Shown one piece after another: positions 8,529 through 17,288 of a DNA stretch of 64,000 nucleotides. The translations under genes and the position numbers were made by a program. The notes under the pieces are model-generated. The model ran no database searches. It worked only from the letters and a program-made list of their open reading frames with translations, and was not told the origin of the DNA. The stretch is from sequence record OQ603353.1. One strand, written 5' to 3'. Within the stretch, counting starts at the first letter, position 1. Each line of letters starts with the position of its first letter.

Positions 8529-11207
8529 TTAAAGTTCGTCATCCTCAATATCATCGTCGCACTCGCAATCTTCTGGAGTGCACAAGCAGCGGTTGCAACA
8601 CTTGCAGGGAGAGGACTCACAGTCCGAGCAGCAACTGCACCGAGTACGCTTGCACGTACCACAACAGCCACATTCTTCGCTCGGCTCATGTTTGCAACAT
8701 ACGCACTTGTGTTGCAGCATGTTACAGCCGGGGCAACTTTCGTTGCTGATGTTGTTCAACTTGAAATAACCTTCGGTTACATGGACCAACTCTTCAAGCC
8801 TCAGCACTGTCTCCCGAGTAACAGGAATCCTGTGCCAGTCTAGTTCCGCATTGGACACCTGTGCAACGATGTTGTCGAACTTCGGATTGCTAGTCTGACT
8901 CTTCAACGCAAGCAACTTCGAGCCTGATGCTCCCATGTTTTGATGGGAACCCTTCGACCTCCTGCGTGTACCAATTGGTGACAGGGAGGGCGCCATGTTT
9001 CCGATGAGGTCTTTCCACGGAGAAACCGCCGTGTACTCAGCGTCGGGCTTATCTCCATACGTCTTGGCCCATGCCCTCACGTACAGATCGTTGCGATCCG
9101 GCGTAGCCAAGAAGTCGTAAAGCAGCTGCAACCTGTAACGCAAGTTACCTACAACCGAATTGGAAGCGGTGGAAATGTGGTCCTCCAACTCGCTATGGAA
9201 CGAACCTAAGCACAGGGAGCCATGCGACTCTTGGCTGCTCGGGACAGCCATGTGTGGATGGATGCGCATACGCAGCCGGGGCTCAGAGTATTCCAATTCG
9301 TAGGCAAGCGGTGTTGCAATGTTGCGAATGGCGAGGTCGGTATTGACTAGAGACAGTGCAATCTGATACTGACCAATGTAGAACTGGCTTGGCACCGCCC
9401 GGTTATCCGTTTCGTCCTCATCGTCAAAGCCTGACACTTCCGGCGGCTGGTAGTACAGGTCATTCGTTTGGACGATGACCGTGCCCGAGGGCAGCAACTC
9501 CACATGCTCAATCCACGTGTAGCTATTGAGTTCTGCCAGTGCGAGGTTCACGTCCTCCGCAGTGAAAGAACAGATGCGACGAATCTGCTCCTGCAACTCG
9601 GCCTTACGTGCACGCAAAGTCAGCAGCGACTTTGTGGTTTCCGTCAAGTCTCGTTCCACGTCCTCGTAATCATGCAGGAGCGCCGTCGCCCGCTTAATCT
9701 GAATCCCGGTAACCAAGGAATCCTGAGTGGATACAACGTCCGTAGTCAGCGAGTTAAGCAGGGCGTGATACGTGAGGGCAGGAGAAGCCGACAGGAAGAT
9801 GTTACCTACCCGCACCACCGTAGGTGCGGTGCCCTTACGGAAGCGTTCCCACTTCACCACGCGGCTGGGGAAGTCACGCGCCTCGGGGTAGCCCGATATG
9901 TAACCAAGGAAGCGATCCTCGTAGGGGTCTAACGCAGAGTCGAAGACTTCCGCGATGGCCTTCCATCCAAGGTTGACCAGCATGGATTCAGCCTTGGCTT
10001 TCGTTTCAGCGGTGACATTGAAGTGGATGCCCTCGATGTGAGCGGGTCCATACAGCCTGTACTGCGTAGGCTCTGTCACTTGGAAGCCGAACGTCCTGCG
10101 CACTGCTATGCGACGCTCCTGCTCTTTACGATCGGCCTCAAACTCGCGCTGGCTGCGCCCTGTGTCGAAGCTGAGGCGTTCCATCCAGTTGATGAGTTGT
10201 GTCTCGTTCTCCATAGCCTCCAGAGGAATGACCAGCGGCATGCGTCCGACGCACGCCATCGCGTACATGTGGACCTGATCCTCCTTCATCATTACCTGTT
10301 CGACGCTAAAATGAATTTGGCTTGTTGCAGCCCGCCGACTGAACACGTCGTTTGCCACGGCGCTTTGCAGATTGCGGAAGTCAATCTCGTACAGTGGAAT
10401 GGAGTCTGTGTTGCCATTCACGAACGCCTGCTCACGGGTGGACTTGTAGTTGTCCGGATCATCGTCGCGGGCACGATCTTGGGACAGCAGGATGAAGAAG
10501 AACGCCCACACATGGTACACGTCAGGGAACGTGTTGGAATCCATCAAATCCCACTTGCAATCTTGCACAGGGAATACGTCGTTACCGAAGCACTGCTCAG
10601 TCATGGCTCGGGCGGCTACGCCAAGGTCGTTCGTGACGTGACCTGTACTGAACTCAGTTACCGAGTTGTATTCGTGTGCGTTGGAACCGGACATGTAGGC
10701 AGAGCGCACCGTGTTAGGCATGATGCGCTCGTGGCCTGCTGCTTCCTTTGCAATCACCCAAGAGCTAGGAATGACAGCAGGCTGGTTGAATGCTGGGTAT
10801 AGATCAGGGGAGTCCTTGAGGTAGGCAGCCACTGTTGGCACAGCCATCCCGAGGTACTTGTAGAATATCTCCTGCATTTCAGGAGAGCGGCGATTACGGA
10901 ACAGAGTCGCCATGTTCTCCCGCAGGGAGTCCACGATGAAAAGAATGCAGGCGCGAAGCGTGGCAGTATCCTGAACCTTGATGTAGGGCCTTTCTAGCAA
11001 AGGCACGTCTTCGGCCGCTACGTCAAGAGAGACACCCTTGCAGCAATCTCGGCACCGAACGTTCTCAGAGTACCTGTTCTCGGTGTCGTGGCACTCGCAG
11101 TCACAATCGGAGGTGCAGCACATGCACTCGTCATCATCGCAGTAGTCCCACAACTGAACAACCTTCTGCTTCGCTGCTGCTTTGGGGAACCTTCCGTTAC
11201 TCATCAT
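8529..11207 (-). CDS. Large protein with a prokaryotic E2-like (UBC-fold) domain, coiled coil and Cys-rich termini
   Basis: GQYQIAL...IRN...RIHPHM...GSLCLGSF...LQLLYDFL pattern (Cys codon 9210-9212) preceded by a heptad coiled coil; lies between Ubl and E1. Confidence 0.65.
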   Translation of the reverse strand: MMSNGRFPKAAAKQKVVQLWDYCDDDECMCCTSDCDCECHDTENRYSENVRCRDCCKGVSLDVAAEDVPLLERPYIKVQDTATLRACILFIVDSLRENMATLFRNRRSPEMQEIFYKYLGMAVPTVAAYLKDSPDLYPAFNQPAVIPSSWVIAKEAAGHERIMPNTVRSAYMSGSNAHEYNSVTEFSTGHVTNDLGVAARAMTEQCFGNDVFPVQDCKWDLMDSNTFPDVYHVWAFFFILLSQDRARDDDPDNYKSTREQAFVNGNTDSIPLYEIDFRNLQSAVANDVFSRRAATSQIHFSVEQVMMKEDQVHMYAMACVGRMPLVIPLEAMENETQLINWMERLSFDTGRSQREFEADRKEQERRIAVRRTFGFQVTEPTQYRLYGPAHIEGIHFNVTAETKAKAESMLVNLGWKAIAEVFDSALDPYEDRFLGYISGYPEARDFPSRVVKWERFRKGTAPTVVRVGNIFLSASPALTYHALLNSLTTDVVSTQDSLVTGIQIKRATALLHDYEDVERDLTETTKSLLTLRARKAELQEQIRRICSFTAEDVNLALAELNSYTWIEHVELLPSGTVIVQTNDLYYQPPEVSGFDDEDETDNRAVPSQFYIGQYQIALSLVNTDLAIRNIATPLAYELEYSEPRLRMRIHPHMAVPSSQESHGSLCLGSFHSELEDHISTASNSVVGNLRYRLQLLYDFLATPDRNDLYVRAWAKTYGDKPDAEYTAVSPWKDLIGNMAPSLSPIGTRRRSKGSHQNMGASGSKLLALKSQTSNPKFDNIVAQVSNAELDWHRIPVTRETVLRLEELVHVTEGYFKLNNISNESCPGCNMLQHKCVCCKHEPSEECGCCGTCKRTRCSCCSDCESSPCKCCNRCLCTPEDCECDDDIEDDEL

Positions 11208-11237
11208 CGTCGCCTTTTCGGTAGTCCTGAATGTACG

Positions 11238-11268
11238 AAAGGCCCGAGCGTCTTTCGACGCCCGAGCC
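11238..11268 (-). terminator. Hairpin / weak intrinsic terminator between Ubl and E2
   Basis: 12-bp stem GGCUCGGGCGUC/GACGCUCGGGCC with GAAA tetraloop, followed by UUUCG. Confidence 0.65.
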
Positions 11269-11286
11269 TAGGTGGTACGTGTAGCT

Positions 11287-11712
11287 TTAGCCGCCGCTCG
11301 CCTTGGCGATAGCGGTCAGCTTGAGGTTTTCCGACAGCTTGCGGTCAAGCGCAACCGGCTTACCCTTGTCGTCCTGATACTTGAAGTTCTCGTAGCCAGT
11401 ACCGCCGCCAGCCTTGATGGCCGAACGCACGGTCGAGCCTGCGGTGGCGGAGCCGGTGACGGTCAGCTTGCCAGTGACCTGCACGGTGTAGGTGGCGACT
11501 GCCACTTCCGCCGCCGGAACGTCCGTCACTTCCGTGGTCGGACTGGCAGCTGCGGTAGCTTCTGCCTGACCTTCACTACCTGCTGCCGGGACACTGACGT
11601 TTCCATCAGTCGCGGTGCTGGTTTCCGAATTGGTTCCAACGGTGACACTACCTTCGGCAGCGACGTTGGTGGCTTCTTCGTTGTTCTGGACGTTCTTTTC
11701 ATTGGTGTTCAT
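11287..11712 (-). CDS. Ubiquitin-like (beta-grasp) protein with C-terminal GG
   Basis: Low-complexity T/A/E N-terminal half, then TYTVQVTG-KLTVTG-STVRSAIKA-FKYQD-GKPVALDRKL-LKLTAIAKASGG-stop; adjacent to E2 and E1. Confidence 0.75.
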   Translation of the reverse strand: MNTNEKNVQNNEEATNVAAEGSVTVGTNSETSTATDGNVSVPAAGSEGQAEATAAASPTTEVTDVPAAEVAVATYTVQVTGKLTVTGSATAGSTVRSAIKAGGGTGYENFKYQDDKGKPVALDRKLSENLKLTAIAKASGG

Positions 11713-11757
11713 CGTTTCGATTCCTTGAGATACAGGGATTGGTTACTGCCTGACGTA

Positions 11758-11781
11758 GCAGGGAGGATCATTCCTCCCTGC
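11758..11781. other. Perfect 10-bp stem-loop GCAGGGAGGA/TCCTCCCTGC
   Basis: Intergenic, upstream of Ubl, no U tract; same outer arms as the hairpin at 57742-57766. Confidence 0.6.
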
Positions 11782-11797
11782 GAGATTACTGCCGAAC

Positions 11798-12238
11798 TTA
11801 CTTGACCTTCTTCTTGCCCTTCTTGCCCTTCTTCTTCTCGCCCTTCTCCGGCTTCTCAGCCTTGCCGCCCTTCGACTTCTTCTTGGCAGCCTCTTCGGCC
11901 TCACCCACGAACGAAACGTTCGTGTTGGCGACGACGTAGGTATCACCGTTCTCGGCCACGAACGTGGTGAAGTTGCCCTTCACTTCGATGGTGTCCGGCG
12001 CCACCTTGATGTTGGCCAGTTCCGCACGCGGATTCACGACCGCGATTTCCACCGAACCGTCTTCACCAACAGCGGCGTACTGCACGTTGGTGCGCGGGAT
12101 GACAGCCTGCTCGAACTTGGACGAACGCGGGCGCTTGTAGTGGACGGTGATCTGATTCGCGTCTTCCGCGACCACGGTGCCTTCGATGGTGCGGATGGCC
12201 GGCCCGTACAGGGTGGCGGTATAAATCTGCTTCGACAT
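11798..12238 (-). CDS. Beta-rich protein with Lys-rich tail; paralogue of 12988-13767
   Basis: TATLYGPAIRTIEGTVV...ITVHYKRPRSSKFEQAVIP aligns with TVTIQHPGIVEVYGEVI...ITLRRRIHRSRGKFEDVTYP. Confidence 0.75.
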   Translation of the reverse strand: MSKQIYTATLYGPAIRTIEGTVVAEDANQITVHYKRPRSSKFEQAVIPRTNVQYAAVGEDGSVEIAVVNPRAELANIKVAPDTIEVKGNFTTFVAENGDTYVVANTNVSFVGEAEEAAKKKSKGGKAEKPEKGEKKKGKKGKKKVK

Positions 12239-12264
12239 TGTGATACCTCAGAGGTTGGGTTGGA

Positions 12265-12936
12265 TCAATTGGAGGAACGAATGAGTTCCAAGAAACGCCG
12301 GTTGACGAGGCCCTGCATGGTTTCGTCAAAGGTGGCGAGCTTGCGGCGAATCTTGAGGTCTTGCTCAAGATCACCCCGACGCGTTGCCTCAAACAAGGCG
12401 AGCGCCGTTTCTTCGATGGGCAGGCCCCGAACCAGTCGCGTCGTGCGCGCTGGGCAGTTCTTGTTGCCACTCATGTAGTGGCATTCCTTGTACGCCTTGA
12501 GTTGCTCCGAACGCTTCTGATCGGTACTCACCAAGTGGGTGCACTTGAAGCACCACGGCTTGTCCATGATGAGAAGGTTCTTGGCCGAGTCGTCAATCTC
12601 GATGGGGACTTCATCAACGTCGTCGTCCTCCGGGATGACTTGGGAGGTGAAGGAAGGCGTAGCGCCGACCACCTCGACAGGAATCTCCCGACCAGTAACT
12701 CGCGGCTTGACCGGCAGAACGACTTCGGTACCTTCATCCTCGTATTCGTCCGCGTCCGCACTGGAGACTTCCGCAGCCTTGCGCAGCTGCTTGTCCACTA
12801 GCGCCTCAGTCAGCGCTACCGTGATTGCGGAATCATGCAGTGCCTTGGCAGCGGGTTCCGCCTTGCGCTTTTTGAGTCGAGGACGATCTTCCTGGGTTGC
12901 TGCCTTGGTTGATGCCTTGGTCTTTGCCATGTTCAT
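12265..12936 (-). CDS. Hypothetical protein with possible Zn-binding Cys/His cluster
   Basis: WCFKC...ECH...NCP motif after a basic/acidic disordered N-terminus. Confidence 0.7.
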   Translation of the reverse strand: MNMAKTKASTKAATQEDRPRLKKRKAEPAAKALHDSAITVALTEALVDKQLRKAAEVSSADADEYEDEGTEVVLPVKPRVTGREIPVEVVGATPSFTSQVIPEDDDVDEVPIEIDDSAKNLLIMDKPWCFKCTHLVSTDQKRSEQLKAYKECHYMSGNKNCPARTTRLVRGLPIEETALALFEATRRGDLEQDLKIRRKLATFDETMQGLVNRRFLELIRSSN

Positions 12937-12987
12937 TCACCTGTCTTCGTGGAGGGGCACGTCCCCTCCGATTTCTGTAGCGAAGAC

Positions 12988-13767
12988 TCACTCGTCTTCG
13001 TATTCGTCTTCATCTTCGTCATGCTCTTCCACTTCCACTTCTTGTTCGGATTCTTCTTCGTCTTCTTCATCCTCTTCGTCGTCTTCATCGTCATCGTCAT
13101 ATACAGGCGGCAACGGCTTTGCGGGCTTCACTACCTTCTGTACTGGCTTGGTAGGGAAGGGAGGCGCATCATCTTCTTCCTCGTCCTCGGTATCGTCCTC
13201 TTCCTCAACAGGAGGTGCAGGCGGCGCTACCTTCTTCTTGCGTACCGGACGTTCTTCCTCTTCATCCTCATCCTCTTCCTCGCGGCGCTTCTTGTACGTC
13301 CGCTCGGGAATATCTTCCGCACTACGAATCTGCACAACACTGGTGATGCTAGGATGGCACAAATGAATTGTACCGTCTTCTTCATCAGTCAGTACGTACA
13401 TGCCACCCTGGACTTCAAAGTCGCTGACCTCAAACACGTCATACTCATGGTTCGGGTCATCAATCAGCAGGGTTGCCTGGGGTTCGTTGATGTAGAACGC
13501 TGCCTTGACTGCTGACAGCGGATAGGTCACGTCTTCAAACTTGCCACGGGACCGATGGATGCGGCGACGCAGGGTAATGTGAACGTCACTACGGCTAATC
13601 ACCTCACCGTAGACTTCAACGATTCCCGGATGCTGAATGGTTACAGTAAAGGGAATCTTCTTGACCGGCTTCTTGTGGGCCTTTGCCTTTTCCAACTTTT
13701 TCTTGGTCTTGACCTTTTCCGGCACAGCCTTCTTGGTCTTGGTAGGCGCAGGCTTGGTTTTGCTCAT
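12988..13767 (-). CDS. Beta-rich protein with basic N-terminus and long acidic tail; paralogue of 11798-12238
   Basis: See the paralogue alignment; C-terminal poly-D/E. Confidence 0.75.
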   Translation of the reverse strand: MSKTKPAPTKTKKAVPEKVKTKKKLEKAKAHKKPVKKIPFTVTIQHPGIVEVYGEVISRSDVHITLRRRIHRSRGKFEDVTYPLSAVKAAFYINEPQATLLIDDPNHEYDVFEVSDFEVQGGMYVLTDEEDGTIHLCHPSITSVVQIRSAEDIPERTYKKRREEEDEDEEEERPVRKKKVAPPAPPVEEEDDTEDEEEDDAPPFPTKPVQKVVKPAKPLPPVYDDDDEDDEEDEEDEEESEQEVEVEEHDEDEDEYEDE

Positions 13768-13806
13768 TTAGTACCTCGGACGGGGATGGCTAACTTGCTT
13801 ATCCTT

Positions 13807-13815
13807 TATTTACAG
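13807..13815 (-). promoter_or_regulatory. CTGTAAATA phage promoter-like motif
   Basis: 40 nt upstream of the 13767 start; heads the gene run that contains Ubl-E2-E1. Confidence 0.6.
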
Positions 13816-13822
13816 TATCGCC

Positions 13823-14368
13823 CTAGCGCTCAAATTCAAGGCTGTAGCGGCTGATGATGTGCTCCGGCACCCTGCTGGCGCTGGCCTTGTGGAGCGCCCG
13901 AATCTTCTCCGCGTCCACATTGAAGGGATCGCCGACGATCCGTTCTTCGATGTAGTAATAGTAGAACCCGGCGGAGGTGGCGTAGTGGTAAAAGTGCGAC
14001 CGGCGCACGTTCGGATTGACCAAGATGACCACCTCAGTCCCGAGCATGAAGTGCATACAAGCGCGCTCGTAGTTGCGGCGATGCGCATTCTGCAACTCGT
14101 ACCCGTTGAACTTGTAGCGCCCCTTGTCATCCTTGAGGAAGTCCTCGGAGGACAGGATGGCCACGGTTTTGACTCCATTCGCCAGCGCAGTTGCCGCAAT
14201 TTCCTGGGCGGCTTCGTCCAGTGGCTCACCCGGTAGGCCCCGCAGGATGTAGAACGCACACTTGATGTTGTTGGGATGTTGCTGAGCCCGGGTGGGACTC
14301 AGCGTTACACCTTGGCGCTTAGGGGGATTGGGATAATCCCCGACGCCGATAGACTGGTTGGTGTCCAT
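13823..14368 (-). CDS. AAA_33/N4BP2-like polynucleotide-kinase homologue with a broken P-loop
   Basis: YILRGLPG followed by EPLDE instead of SGKST; the downstream SSEDF...GRYKF...LQNAH, VILVNPN and VPEHII..Y..FE pattern of that family is retained. Confidence 0.6.
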   Translation of the reverse strand: MDTNQSIGVGDYPNPPKRQGVTLSPTRAQQHPNNIKCAFYILRGLPGEPLDEAAQEIAATALANGVKTVAILSSEDFLKDDKGRYKFNGYELQNAHRRNYERACMHFMLGTEVVILVNPNVRRSHFYHYATSAGFYYYYIEERIVGDPFNVDAEKIRALHKASASRVPEHIISRYSLEFER

Positions 14369-14373
14369 GACGG

Positions 14374-16143
14374 TTAGCCTTTCACAGAATTGTAGAATTT
14401 CAGGAACTTAGGGTAGCCGGCCACGAACAGGTCAATGCTTTCTTCGCCAAGGCCGTCCACGGCGGACAGTGCCTTCCGAAGTGCCTTGGGCTTCGCGCCG
14501 TAGCTATACAGCTTCTTTCCGAGGGCATCGTACACCAAACTCAGCTTGGCATCTGCCATCGACATACCCGGACGGATGAAAGCGCCGCTAACCACCATCC
14601 AGTCCACAGCGTTGAATTTCGCAACCTTGGCGGAGATCGACTTGTGCACCTTTGCGCCCGCCGCGTTACCCAACAGCTTTTGCAGCTTCGGAGCGCTTGC
14701 TGCGATCAGCTTGGCAAAGGTGTTCAGGCCCGCATCGTACACCTTGACCATACCTACACCGCCCATGCCGTCAAAGTTGACAAACTTGAGCGCCTTCTCG
14801 AACCGAGCACGCAGCGTCTCAGCGCATGTGTCCGGTTTGGAACAGTACAGGTGCGCGTCGCCCATCTTGAGCTTGGCACCACAAGAACACACAGCAGGCA
14901 GTCCTGCCTTCTTGCCCGGCTTGATGACTTCCACCACATGAGGAATGACACCACCGCTGCGCACCACCTTGATCTTGGCCCCGAGGTTGAGGTTCAGAGC
15001 CATGACGTTCTTGGCATTGTGTGCCGAAGCATTCGTCATCGTGGTATTGCCAACCTTGATGGGCGCGTATGAAACGTTGGGGATACGAGCACCATCTGCG
15101 CCTGCCGTCCAGAAGAACTCCGTGACTTGAGTGATCTGTGCGGTGGCGTCTTCGGTTACGCCATACTTGTACGCCATAGCGTAGTAGGGGCGCTTGTCAG
15201 GACCACGCTGGTCACGCAGAGCGCCTCGCACCGAAGCCTTGTTCGCCTCGATCACCACGCCGTCGCACTCGATCATGTAGTCCGGAGAGCTAACCTTGGC
15301 GAGCATTGCATCCAGCGTGGGCTTGATCTTGTCACCCGACACCAGCTTGACCGTCTTGGCGAACATATCCGAGAAGCCTTGATCGGCGAGCCACTTGACC
15401 GCCGCCAGCTTGGTGTCCATTACCGCATTGCCGTTCGCGTCCATCAGTTCAAACGCGACCACCGAGCAATCCTTCACGAACGCATCATGGAAGCGAGTGC
15501 CAGTCAGGATGCCGTTGACCGAGTTGCGCGCTTCGCCATAGGTGCGTCCATCCACCTTCTTGCCCGACCACTTCTTGAACGCCTTGCGGGTGATGCACAG
15601 TTCGCAGCGAACGTAGATGGGCGAGTTCGGATTGGTGCCCTTGATCTTGGCGACCTTGGCAGGCACAACACCGAGTTCGATCATCTTGCGCAGATGCTTG
15701 GTGACGTTGCGCCCTACGCTACCACTACCGCGCGTGTAGGCTGCAACCGGAATCTGATTCACGATCTTGATGAGGAAAGAAGTGCCATCGAACTTCGGTC
15801 CCACCACGTATTGCTTCGCACCGACCTTGGCCGTGCGTTCGATGTACTTGTCGAACCACTTGGGTTCGTCGGTCTTGAGCTTGTCGAGCGACGGCAGGTA
15901 GAAGGGAAGATTGACTTTCTCACCCCCGGTCTCCTTCGCGCCAGTGCCCGCCAGATACTTCTTGACCGCTGCTGCGAGCTTCTTGTCACCGACCTTGGCT
16001 TTTTCCAAGGCGTCGCGCAGCTTGTCGTATTCAGCATCCGCCATGATGGGCTTGACCTTCTTCCCGTCGGCGTTGAAGTAAGCGGTGTCCGCTTTCTGCA
16101 ACAGGTTCAGGGTCTTCTTTGCGTCAAAAGGTTTCTTGAACAT
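14374..16143 (-). CDS. ligA: NAD+-dependent DNA ligase
   Basis: ADTAYFN...IMADAEYDKL (domain Ia), LPSLDK, PKFDG active-site Lys, CDGVVI, VVRSGGVIPHV, Zn finger CSC...C...C. Start moved to ATG 16143 (GAGGA). Confidence 0.92.
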   Translation of the reverse strand: MFKKPFDAKKTLNLLQKADTAYFNADGKKVKPIMADAEYDKLRDALEKAKVGDKKLAAAVKKYLAGTGAKETGGEKVNLPFYLPSLDKLKTDEPKWFDKYIERTAKVGAKQYVVGPKFDGTSFLIKIVNQIPVAAYTRGSGSVGRNVTKHLRKMIELGVVPAKVAKIKGTNPNSPIYVRCELCITRKAFKKWSGKKVDGRTYGEARNSVNGILTGTRFHDAFVKDCSVVAFELMDANGNAVMDTKLAAVKWLADQGFSDMFAKTVKLVSGDKIKPTLDAMLAKVSSPDYMIECDGVVIEANKASVRGALRDQRGPDKRPYYAMAYKYGVTEDATAQITQVTEFFWTAGADGARIPNVSYAPIKVGNTTMTNASAHNAKNVMALNLNLGAKIKVVRSGGVIPHVVEVIKPGKKAGLPAVCSCGAKLKMGDAHLYCSKPDTCAETLRARFEKALKFVNFDGMGGVGMVKVYDAGLNTFAKLIAASAPKLQKLLGNAAGAKVHKSISAKVAKFNAVDWMVVSGAFIRPGMSMADAKLSLVYDALGKKLYSYGAKPKALRKALSAVDGLGEESIDLFVAGYPKFLKFYNSVKG

Positions 16144-16163
16144 GAATAAGTCCTCGGTGTGTT

Positions 16164-16472
16164 TCAATTGAAATAAGTGTTGATGCTTCGCAGCCACACC
16201 ACAAAGGCAGGCAAGCCTGCATTGCCTTTGAAGTGCCCGAACATCATTCCCGTCTTGGTACGAATCTGAATTCGTGGCTCAACGTATTTGAAATTGACGC
16301 CTGACACATTGAGCTTACGGAAGTGGTACTTCCTGTGGAGTCGCCAGAAACGTTGACGTACCTCCCGAAGGGTTCCGTTCAAAGAGACGTTGACTAGCTT
16401 GCCGTTACGTCCCCGAATTTTTACCGCCCCTTCAACGGTGGCTCCCTTGAGCATCTTCCGAAGGTGATCCAT
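16164..16472 (-). CDS. Basic hypothetical protein
   Basis: Co-oriented ORF with RBS-like spacing. Confidence 0.6.
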   Translation of the reverse strand: MDHLRKMLKGATVEGAVKIRGRNGKLVNVSLNGTLREVRQRFWRLHRKYHFRKLNVSGVNFKYVEPRIQIRTKTGMMFGHFKGNAGLPAFVVWLRSINTYFN

Positions 16473-16490
16473 AAACGTTCCCTTGAACCT

Positions 16491-16516
16491 AAGAAAGCGA
16501 GCCCCGAAGGGCTCGC
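16491..16516 (-). terminator. Intrinsic terminator
   Basis: GCGAGCCC-UUCG-GGGCUCGC followed by UUUCUU. Confidence 0.8.
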
Positions 16517-16523
16517 ATCATGT

Positions 16524-17249
16524 TTACTTGCCGCCGTGCAAACGCAGTTCGCGCTTGCTCATGACGCAGGAGTGCATCGCATTCGGATAGCGCTGCTTGC
16601 TCGCGCTGCTCCACTTGATGCCACACTGGTTGCCTTCCACGTAGGCAACCCGCCCGGTGATGATCTTGCCCTTGTAACCACCTTCGCGCGCCGCCGGGCC
16701 GTTGGCAGCGAACGACACCTTGCTCCCGACCTTGATGCCAGTGCGCTTGGCGTCGTACACGATCTTGGGGCCGGGCCCCTTGGACACGTACACTGCACCC
16801 TTCTTCGGCTCCGGCTTCTGGAAGGTGCCGCTCTTGACCTTGCGCTCCAGGTTCTCTGCCCACTCGCGCACGTACTCCGCATTCACCGCTTCAAGGAACG
16901 CGACCATGTGGTAGGTGTCGATGCCGAAGGTGCGGCCGAGCTTTGCAATCTCGTTGCGCAGTTCCTTCTCGCGGAGGTCCATGTTGCCAGTCCACATTTC
17001 CTCGCTGTACTTGGACTCAAGCAGTTCCGGCGTGCACAGCAAGCCACCTTCCACGAAATACTGGAACGACAGCACCGGACGGGCTGCCACGTTCTCCTCA
17101 CCTTGCTTCACCTGAACCTCGGTGAAGAACACCGTCAGGATGCCATTCTCGTAGGAGGTGCTGAGGCCGACCTTGCGTGCGGTCGAACTGATGATGCCGA
17201 AGATGACGTTGGCGAGAGCGTTGAAGGTGCTGGAGTTAATGTCTTTCAT
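16524..17249 (-). CDS. Early hypothetical protein with possible C-terminal SH3/KOW-like domain
   Basis: First gene after promoter cassette 2; IKVGSKVSF...ITGRVAYVEGNQCGIKW. Confidence 0.7.
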   Translation of the reverse strand: MKDINSSTFNALANVIFGIISSTARKVGLSTSYENGILTVFFTEVQVKQGEENVAARPVLSFQYFVEGGLLCTPELLESKYSEEMWTGNMDLREKELRNEIAKLGRTFGIDTYHMVAFLEAVNAEYVREWAENLERKVKSGTFQKPEPKKGAVYVSKGPGPKIVYDAKRTGIKVGSKVSFAANGPAAREGGYKGKIITGRVAYVEGNQCGIKWSSASKQRYPNAMHSCVMSKRELRLHGGK

Positions 17250-17288
17250 GATGGCTTCCTTGATTCAATAGATGCCCGAAGGCGTGAG

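Noticed and set aside
6957-14368. JAB/MPN deubiquitinase near the Ubl module
   Set aside because: No E...HxH...SxxD motif in any neighbouring ORF.
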